From an uncultured Clostridia bacterium (GTDB taxonomy: Bacteria > Bacillota > Clostridia > TANB77 > CAG-508): a stretch of DNA of 64,000 nt. Location of the stretch: the NCBI GenBank assembly GCA_934184665.1, contig CAKPSX010000004.1, forward strand, positions 728 through 64,727. Direction: 5' to 3'. Positions 9,130 through 18,500 of this stretch are shown piece after piece (the first letter of the stretch is position 1; every line of letters starts with the position of its first letter). The position numbers and the translations under genes were made by a program. The notes under the pieces are model-generated. The model saw only the letters and a list, made by a program, of their open reading frames with translations, was not told the DNA's origin and made no database searches.

Positions 9130-9585
9130 ATGGAAGTTAAAGAAGGACAAATAGTCGATGGAACTGTAACTGGAATCAAGCCATATGGAGCATTTATAGA
9201 GATTAAAGATGGACCAGTAGGACTAGCATACATAGAAGATTTATCAGTAGTCAGAATAAAATCTCCAAAAGAAAGGCTAAAAGTTGGACAAAAAGTTAAA
9301 TGTATGATAAAATCAGTAAACAAAGAAACTGGAAGAATAAATTTATCATATAAAGACTGTTTAGGAACATGGGAAGAAAACATAGAACACTTTAAAGAAG
9401 GAATGAAAGTTAAAGGCATAGTCAGAGATGCAGAAAAAAGAAAAAATGGAGTGTTTATAGAGCTAACACCAAACTTGGTCGGGATGACAGAATACACAGA
9501 TAAACTAGAATATGGACAAACAGTAGATGTATGCATAAAGAAGATTGTACCAGAGAAGAAAAAAGTAAAATTAGTTATAGTTTAA
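9130..9585 (+). CDS. S1 RNA-binding domain protein (two S1-like repeats)
   Basis: GQIVDGTVTGIKPYGAFIEI and GMKVKGIVRD...GVFIEL are S1/OB signatures. Confidence 0.75.
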   Translation: MEVKEGQIVDGTVTGIKPYGAFIEIKDGPVGLAYIEDLSVVRIKSPKERLKVGQKVKCMIKSVNKETGRINLSYKDCLGTWEENIEHFKEGMKVKGIVRDAEKRKNGVFIELTPNLVGMTEYTDKLEYGQTVDVCIKKIVPEKKKVKLVIV

Positions 9586-9608
9586 TTAAATTATAAGGAG
9601 GGATTGAA

Positions 9609-10550
9609 ATGGTTGAAGATAACCAAATCAAAGCACAAGTATCACCATTTGCAATAAGAGAAGGTGAAATAAAAACATTTGATGGAAAGGATGGATATGT
9701 ATCTATGAATCAAATAATACACAAAATAAATATTGGACATATAACAGATATTCATTTTGCAATATTAGAATTAGTAAATGAATTTGAATTCATAACATCA
9801 AGACAAATATATCAAATGCTTGAAATAAAAGGTTTTGAACCAAAATCACAAGATAAACTAAATAATAAATTAGAACAATTGGTAAAATCTAAAATATTAA
9901 CAAGATATTATTTCACTTCAGAAGAAGGGAAAGGAATATATAGAATATACTGCCTAGAAAAAATGGGAAAATACTTATTAACATCAAAAGAAATTGAATG
10001 TAAATGGCAACAAACAGATAATGTTAAGCCTGTTCCAATGATAAAGAAAAGATTGGCAGGAAATCAAACATTAATAGCATATCTAAGAAAAGTAAAAGCA
10101 TTAGATAGTTATGTTGTAAAACCATCATTAACTGCAAAAACAGTGGGCAAAACATTTAAGGCAACAGGCGGAGCCGTAAAACTTACAAAGAATAAAAAAT
10201 CAATTGTATTTTTATTTGAAGTAATAAGAAGAGAACAAGATTGGCAGAAAAAATTAGTAGATAAAATGACAATGTATAAAGATTTCTACGAAAATTTTGT
10301 TCCTGGAGATTCAGGATATTCATCACTTCCACAGTTAATATTTGTATGTGAAGATGATAAACACACAGTAGAAACATTTAAAGAAATTGTAAAAAATAAA
10401 CTAGAAATATCAAAAATAAAATTATATTTTACAACTGATTTAAGACAAAATCAAGAAACATTGGAAAATACATTAATTGAATTTAGAATTGATGAAGAAA
10501 CTAAAAAATATAAAATGTATAATGTTGAAGTAAAATTATTAGGAATGTAA
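9609..10550 (+). CDS. Hypothetical winged-helix protein, replication-relaxation-family-like
   Basis: Strong RBS (AAGGAGGG). N-terminal wHTH-like segment ILELVNEFEFITSRQIYQML...LEQLVKSKILTRYYF and later IVFLFEVIRREQDW. The resemblance to the replication-relaxation family is from memory only. Confidence 0.4.
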   Translation: MVEDNQIKAQVSPFAIREGEIKTFDGKDGYVSMNQIIHKINIGHITDIHFAILELVNEFEFITSRQIYQMLEIKGFEPKSQDKLNNKLEQLVKSKILTRYYFTSEEGKGIYRIYCLEKMGKYLLTSKEIECKWQQTDNVKPVPMIKKRLAGNQTLIAYLRKVKALDSYVVKPSLTAKTVGKTFKATGGAVKLTKNKKSIVFLFEVIRREQDWQKKLVDKMTMYKDFYENFVPGDSGYSSLPQLIFVCEDDKHTVETFKEIVKNKLEISKIKLYFTTDLRQNQETLENTLIEFRIDEETKKYKMYNVEVKLLGM

Positions 10551-10685
10551 CTAACAGCTCCTTAAGCTAAGTCGCTTTGTGATTTACTTAGGGAGCTTTC
10601 ATAAAACAAAATGCAGTTGGTTTTGTAGCGAAAGTTATTTTTAAACCAGACTTTGGCAGAATAGTGAAAAAATTTCCAAAAAATA

Positions 10686-10714
10686 TTGACTTTAATATAA
10701 AAGTATGTTATTAT
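10686..10714 (+). promoter_or_regulatory. Sigma-A type promoter of tRNA-Arg
   Basis: TTGACT, a 17-nt spacer, then TATTAT with an upstream TGt (extended -10). Confidence 0.55.
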
Positions 10715-10733
10715 AATTAGGTGTTAATCACTT

Positions 10734-10810
10734 GGGTCAGTAGCTCAGTTGGATAGAGCACGGGCCTTCTAAGCCCGGGGTCGGGGGTTCGAACCCCTCC
10801 TGGCTCACCA
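10734..10810 (+). tRNA. tRNA-Arg (anticodon UCU)
   Basis: Cloverleaf folded by hand. Acceptor is GGGTCAG/CTGGCTC, anticodon arm is CGGGC-CTTCTAA-GCCCG, T-arm is GGGGG-TTCGAAC-CCCTC, and CCA is encoded. Confidence 0.9.
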
Positions 10811-10820
10811 TACACGAAAA

Positions 10821-10866
10821 GTCATACAAGTATTGAAATATCAATGTTTTGTATGACTCTTTTTTT
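10821..10866 (+). terminator. Rho-independent terminator after tRNA-Arg
   Basis: gtcatacaa ... ttgtatgac followed by a T-run. Confidence 0.7.
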
Positions 10867-11276
10867 ATAAAAGACTGCAATAGTACTGCAATAGATTTTT
10901 ATTTTTTACTAAAGAAAAAGATGTGCAATAAAAAATTCTTGAATTAAAGAATAATATTGTTTTAAGTAAAAAATAAAAGTACAGATTTTGTGGATTTTGG
11001 GGCTCCGCTTTTTCTGTACTTTTATGTAATGGGTGGGCAAGCATCAAGTAGGGATACGGGCGAATGCTTGCCCATGTAATATTTATAAAATTATTTTATC
11101 TTATTAAAATTCTAAAGTCAATACATTTTGCAATTATTTTTGGGTGCAAATGAAATTCTTTTATGAATGCAACTAAAAATCACAAATAGGTGCAAAAAAC
11201 ATTCGTCCAAAAGTGCAAAAATAAAAAATTTATAAACGAAAAATCTACATAATTTAAATTATAAAAAGTAAAAGCG

Positions 11277-12399
11277 TTATTTACTTTTGCTACTTAAAGT
11301 AATCTCAAAAGTTCTCGAAATATGCCCACGACTAACATTAATAGAAATTGTATCACCAGGTTTCTTAGAATAAACATAAGCTCTAAGATCAAGCATAGTA
11401 TTAATAGAATTTCCATCAACAGAAGTAATAACATCACCAGTTCTAATACCACTAGAAATAGCAGGGCTATCATCACTGATATCAACAATATAAATTCCAG
11501 AATTAACATTTGCAGAAGATTCAAGATATGGTATAACATCTTTATCATAAGCAAGAATTCCAAGATATGCTTCATCAAAACCATTTTGAGTTACAAAACT
11601 TTCAATTACAGTTTTAATAACATTTATAGGCACAGCAAAGCCAATACCTTCAGCAGAAGTGATTTTAACAGTATTGATACCAATAACTTCTCCATTAGGC
11701 AAAATTAACGGACCTCCACTATTACCGAGGATTAATAGAAGCATCTGTCTGAATCAAATTGGTCATATAACATACATTATTATCTTCTTCTAATTTTATA
11801 GTTCTGTTTGTTGCACTTATAATTCCAGAAGTAACAGTTCTTTTAAATTCAAAACCAATTGGATTTCCAATAGCGTAAACAGTTTCACCAGACCTTAATT
11901 TAGAAGAATCACCAATAGTTGCATATGCAAGATTATCTGCTTTGATTTTTGTAATAGATAAATCTAAATCATCATCACACCAAACGACAGAGCCCTCATA
12001 GGTATAACCATTTTCGAGTGTAACATAACATGTGCTTAATGCTTCTCCTGTAACATGGCAATTACTCAAAATATAGCCATTACTTGAAACAATAATGCCA
12101 GTACCAAGTCCTAGGTCATCAACAAGACTGCTTGAAAAAATAGAACTTGAATGTGATTTTAAACGAGAAATACCAACAACACTTTGAGAAACATTTTCAA
12201 CCATGTCAGCAATTGAAGTGCTGTTTTCCGTAGAGTTATCCACAGTTTGTTCACTAACTGTGGAACTAATACGCTTAATATCATATTCTGGAGTAATGTC
12301 TATTTTGTTGTAAGCTGTGTATAAATAATATGAAAGAGCCAGTAAACCAATAACAACTATAACTATTATAAAAAAATTTCGTATCTTCTTTTTATTCAT
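11277..12399 (-). pseudogene. htrA: HtrA/DegP-family serine protease (TM anchor, trypsin-like domain, PDZ) interrupted by a 1-nt frameshift
   Basis: ORF 11722..12399 ends ...IQTDASINPR*. ORF 11277..11744 continues in another frame with ...GNSGGPLILPNGEVIGI and a PDZ domain. Minus-strand reading is aat cct C ggt aat agt gga ggt; the extra base is at about 11727. Confidence 0.8.
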
Positions 12400-12480
12400 A
12401 AATAATTCAATCCTTTCTGTTTTATTATGAGAAAAAATACTACCAAATAATCAACAAACATACTAAAATATCAGCAAAAT

Positions 12481-12509
12481 TTGCAAAATTTGTAATAAAA
12501 TGTTATACT
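12481..12509 (+). promoter_or_regulatory. Promoter of the NRPS gene
   Basis: TTGCAA, a 17-nt spacer, then TATACT with an upstream TGt. Confidence 0.5.
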
Positions 12510-12544
12510 ATAAGAGGATAAATAAAATAAAAGGGTGAAAATAA

Positions 12545-15500
12545 ATGTTGAAAAAGATGGAGAATCTAACTAGCTCACAAAAATCTATATGGAGCGTAGA
12601 ACAGTATTTCAAAGGAAGCAGTATTAATAATATTTGTGGAACTGCTGTATTCAAAGAAGAAATCGATTTTAAAAAATTAGAAGAAGCAATAGAAATAGTA
12701 TGTAGTAAACATGATATTTTTAAAATCAGATTTAAAATCAAAGATGGAGAAATCATGCAAATGGTTTCAGATTCTAATGAATGTAACATTGAAATAATTG
12801 ATGTTAAAGATGTAGATGAACTTAAGAAGAAAAAAGAAGAGCTTACCCAAAAACCCTTCAAAATAGAAGAAAATTTATTATTCAAATTTTATATCTTTAA
12901 GTTTCCAAATGGTAAAGGGGCATTTATGCCTAGCATGCACCATTTAATTTCAGACGCTTGGACTATAGCACTTATTTATAATGAAATTATCGAAACATAT
13001 TCCATATTAAAACAAAACAAAGAAATTAAGGAGGAGGCTGTATATTCATATACAGACTATATTAAATCTGAACAAGAATACCAAGAAAGTGAAAAATTTA
13101 ATAAAGACAAACAATATTGGAAAGAAAAATTTGTTACAATACCAGATGTTGCAATAATACCAGGTAGTAAAAAGGAAAATGTTGATAGAACTAATCCAAA
13201 AGGAGAAAGAAATCAATATGAGATAGAAAAAGAGAATGTAGAAAAAATAAAGGAATATTGTAAAAAATATAAAATTTCATTATACAATTTCTTTATGGCT
13301 GTTTATGCAATATATATTGGGGAAATAACGAATTTAGATGAATTTGTTATTGGAACACCAATTTTAAATAGAACTAATTTCAAAGAAAAACACACTGCAG
13401 GTATGTTTATAAATATGGCACCATTCAAAATAAATATTGATGAGGAATTAGATTTTAAGGAATTTATAAAAAATATAGCAAGAGATTCACTAGGAATGTT
13501 AAAACATCAAAAATATTCATATCAATATTTATTAGAAGAACTAAGAAAACAAGATAGAAATATTCCAAGCTTGTATAATATTTTGCTGTCATATCAAATA
13601 ACAAATACAAAGCAAAATAATGGAAATGTAGAATATGAAACAGATTGGATATTTAATGGATGTTGTGCAGAAGATATAGATATACAAATATTTGATTTAA
13701 ATGATACAGGTGCGTTAAATATTTCATATGATTACAAAACAAGTATTTATAATCAAAAAGATATAGAAAAAATGCATACCAGAATATTAAATATTATGTT
13801 ACAAGTAATTCAAAAAGATGATATTAAATTAAAAGAAATAGAAGTAATTACGCCACAGGAAAAAGAAAAGGTTTTAGTTGAGTTTAATAAAACAGATTTA
13901 CAATATGATAAAAATAAACCATTTGCAAAATATTTTGAGGAACAAGCTCAAAATACGCCAGATGGAATAGCGATAGTATTTGAAAATAATAAAATCACAT
14001 ATAAGGAATTAAATGAAAAGGCAAATAGTCTAGCACATGTATTAAGAGATAATGGAGTAACAAATAATACTATAATAGGAATATTAGAAAAGCGTTCACC
14101 AGAAGTGCTTATATCAATGCTTGCAGTATTAAAAGCAGGAGGATGCTATATTCCTATAGCTACAGATTATCCAAATGAGAGAATAGAATATATGTTGCGA
14201 GACAGTGATGCAAGTATTTTACTTACAAGTGAAGGAAATAGAATTCATACAAATAAAAAGATTATAAATATAAAGGATGAGAAAATATACCAAGAAAATA
14301 AGGAAAATATAGAAAACATATCTCAACCAGATGATTTATCATATTTTATATATACATCAGGATCAACTGGAACTCCCAAAGGAGTCATGTTAAAACAACG
14401 AAATTTAAGCAATTTTTATAATTCAATGAAAACAATGATAGAATTTTTAAGGGACAGAGAGAACTATAAAATGCTTTCTATTACAACAATATCTTTTGAT
14501 ATATTTGCATTTGAGACACTAATGTCATTAACGAGAGGACTAACTGTATATTTAACAAATGAAAATGAACAAAAAATGACAAGTGAAATAGAAAGAATTA
14601 TAAAAGAAAATAAAATAGAAATTATGCAAACAACACCATCTGTAATGAAATTTCATATAGAAAATATAAAAAATAAAAGCAGTTTAAAAAGTCTGAAATA
14701 TATTATGCTAGCAGGTGAACCATTACCAAAGCAACTTGTAGAAAGAATAAAGGGTATTATTCCAAAAGTAACAATATATAATGGGTATGGACCATCTGAA
14801 ACTACTATATTTTCAGCCATTGCAGATGTTACTAATCAGACAACAATTACTATAGGAAAGCCTATAAATAATACACAAATATATATATTAAATAAAAATA
14901 AAAAATTAATGCCACAAGGAATGATTGGAGAAATTTATATATCTGGAGATGGCGTAGGAAAAGGATATATGAATAAAGAAGAACAGACAAAAGTAAACTT
15001 CATTCAGGATATTTTTGATAGTTCAAAAATAATGTACAAAGTAGGAGATTTAGGTGCATTTAATGAAAATGGAGAAATAACTTGTTGTGGAAGAATTGAT
15101 AATCAAGTAAAAATAAGAGGATTAAGAATTGAACTTGCGGAAATAGAAAGGCAAATGCAATCAATTTATAATATAGCGGATTGTGTTGTTGTAAAAAAAG
15201 TTGTAAATGATAAAGACACATTATGTGCATATTATGTGGAAAACGGACCTGTAAATAAATCTGTTTTACAAACAATATTACATTCAAAATTACCAGAATA
15301 TATGATACCACAATATTTTGTAAAACTTGATAAAATACCACATACACCAAATGGAAAAATTGATAGACTAGAATTACCAGAACCTAACTTGGAAGAAAGT
15401 GAAAACGAGTTTGTAAAACCTAGAAACGAAATAGACAGAAAATTAGCAAGAAGAATTAAAAAGATGTTGCAAATAGACAAAGTTAGCATAAATGATACAT

Positions 15501-18500
15501 TACTTCAACTTGGTGGGGATTCACTTACGGCAATAACTTTATCAACTAAAATAGTCTCAGAATATAATGTGCAAATAAATATAAAAGATATATTATCAAA
15601 CTATACGATAAAAGACATATCAGATTATATTGAGAAAAATAAGTCAAAAGATGTATCAAATGTAAAAATAGAAAAAGCACCAGCACAAGAAACATATCCA
15701 TTATCATCAGCACAAAAAAGAATATATTATAATTCAAAAATGATAGGTGAAAATAATGTCGTTTATAATACACCAGGTGGAATTATAATTGATGAAATTT
15801 TAAATATTAAAAAAATTAAAGAAGTATTTTCTAAAATAACTAAAAGACATGAAATTTTAAGAACAAAACTTGAAGTACAAGATGGAGAAATAGTGCAAAG
15901 GGTATATGATAATATCGAGTTTGACATACCAGTTTACTATAATACACAAGAGGAAATAACAGACATACTTAAAAAATTCACTAAGCCTTTTAGATTAGAA
16001 GATGAAATATTGTTTAGAGTAGAAGTTCATTATATTGATGAAAAAAGTACAATATTATTAGTAGATGCACATCATATGATTATGGATGGAATATCACTAA
16101 ATAACTTGATTATAGAGTTTAATAGATTATATAATGGTTCAGATTTAAAGAATTTACCAATACAATATAAGGATTATTCTGTTTGGGAGAATAAGCATAA
16201 TCAAAGTAAAGAAATATTACCAAGTGAAAATTATTGGGTGAAAAAATTGAAAGATTGTAAATTCACTCCTACAAACTTACCTTATGATTATAAACTTTTA
16301 GCCAATAGAAGCTATAACGGTAACAAGATAATTAATGTTATTGATGAAAAGAAATTTAGAAAAATAGAAAGATATGCAAAAAAGATAGGTGCATCACCAT
16401 ATATGCTATTTGTATCAGCACTTTTGATATTACTATATAAATACACAGGCCAAAATGAGATAATTTTAGGTAGCCCTATAGCAAACAGAAATAGAAATGA
16501 AACTAAAAGAATGATAGGCATGTTTGTAAATAATATTGTAATTAGAGGGAATATAAATGGAAATGAAACATATGAAGAATTTTTAGAGAAGATAAAAGAG
16601 CAATTGCTAAATGATTTATCATATCAACCATATCCTTTTGATATGCTTATAAAAAAATTAGGAGTAAAAACTGATAATTCAAGAAACCCGCTATTTGACG
16701 TGATGTTTACATATCAAAATAAAGAAGAAAATATGGTAAAGTTAAATGGCAAAAATATAAATGTTTTAGAATTATATAATAATATAGCGAAGTTTAATTT
16801 ATCAATTGAGATAAAACCAAAAACACATACTATAAATATAGAATATTGTAGTGATTTATTTAAAAAAGACACAATTATAAATTTCTTTGAACATTATATG
16901 TATGTAATAGAACAGATATTAAATAACAATGAGATTAAGATAGATGATATAAATATAATAACAGAAAAAGAAAATAAGTTGTTGAAAAAATTCAATGAGA
17001 CAGATGGAGAAATAAATAATGATACAACAGCATATTTGATTGAAAAACAGGTTGATGAAAATCCAAATAATATTGCGGTTATATGTGAAGACAAAAAAAT
17101 AACATATAAAGAATTAGACGAAAAGGCAAATAGTTTAGCAAACCATCTTATAGAAAAAGGAATAAAAAGAAATGACATTGTTTGTATAATGACAAATAGG
17201 TCAATAGAAACAATTGTTGCAATGTATGCGATACTTAAAGCTGGTGGGGCATTTTTAAACATAGACCCAACATATCCATTAGACAGAACCAAACATTATA
17301 TTGAAAATAGTAAATCACAATATGTGTTAACACAAAGAGAATTAAAAGATAGAGTTAAAGAGATTCCTAATTGTATAGAAATTGATTTAGATAATGAACT
17401 ATACAATAAAAACTCAAGCAGACCAAATGTAGATATAAAAATGGAAGACTTATCTTATATTATATATACATCAGGTTCAACAGGAATTCCAAAAGGAGTA
17501 ATGTTAAATCAAGTAGGATTAGCAAATATGTCTAAAGCAATGACAAAAGCATTAGATTATTTACATGATGGCAAGATTCATACACTATTATCAGTAACAT
17601 CAACACCATTTGATATATTTGTATATGAAATAATTGTTTCATTAACACATGGACAAAAAATAGTTATGGCAAATAATGCTGAACATAGAAATCCTACATT
17701 ACTTGAAAACCTGATGGAAAAATACAATACAGATGTCATGACAGTAACACCAAGTTTAATGAAAATAATATATGATAATAAAAGAGAAGATTCACCATTG
17801 AAATTAGTGAAAAATATGGTTTTTGGTGGAGAGCCATTACCAGAAAAATTTGTTAAAGATTTAAAAGCACTAGCAGATGATATAACAGTATTTAATATTT
17901 ATGGACCAAGTGAAATAACAATTTTATCAAATGTTCAAAACTTAAATGGAGAAACAGAAATTACAACAGGTCCACCAATAATGAATACACAAATACATAT
18001 ATTAGATAAAAATATGAAAAGAGTTCCAATTGGAGTTGTGGGAGAGATTTATATCTCTGGAATACAAGTTGGAGAAGGATATTTAGGTAATCCAGAATTA
18101 ACTCAAGAGAAATTTTTACCCAATAAATATGGTAAAGGAAAAATGTATAAAACAGGTGATATTGGTAGATGGACATTTGATGGAAAAGTTCAATGCTTAG
18201 GAAGAATTGATAATCAAGTAAAATTAAGAGGTTTAAGAATTGAACTTGGAGAGATTGAAAATAAAATGGAAGAATATCCAGGTGTATCATCAGCCGTTGT
18301 AAATAAAGTTACAATTGATAATAAAGATTCTCTATGTGGGTATTATGTTACAGACGATACGATTGATGTAACAGAAACTGAGATAAAAGCATTTTTGAAA
18401 AAATATTTACCGCAATATATGGTTCCAACTTATATTGTACATTTAAAGAAAATGCCTTATTCAATAAATAGAAAAATAGATAGAAAAGCATTACCGATGC

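Noticed and set aside
9114-9536. Long antisense ORFs fully inside annotated genes. Examples: 9114..9536 opposite the S1 gene, 5615..6103, 12508..12885, 16894..17292, 40325..40660, 44329..44838, 45529..45903, 53508..53909 and 59634..60128.
   Set aside because: Their products are extremely F/I/L/S-rich, the mirror image of K/E/N/I-rich sense codons. None has an RBS or promoter. The sense genes carry unmistakable conserved motifs.
10865-11047. 60-aa minus-strand ORF in the tRNA-Arg/htrA gap.
   Set aside because: It starts inside the GC-rich stem-loop, reads through a Rho-independent terminator and has no SD sequence. The region is better explained as non-coding RNA structure.
11144-11219. GTGCAAA boxes at 11144, 11190 and 11213, plus GTGCAAT at about 10923, downstream of htrA.
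   Set aside because: The motif is only 7 nt with irregular spacing (46 and 23 bp) in AT-rich DNA, so it could easily be chance. I have no supporting symmetry or known binding site.
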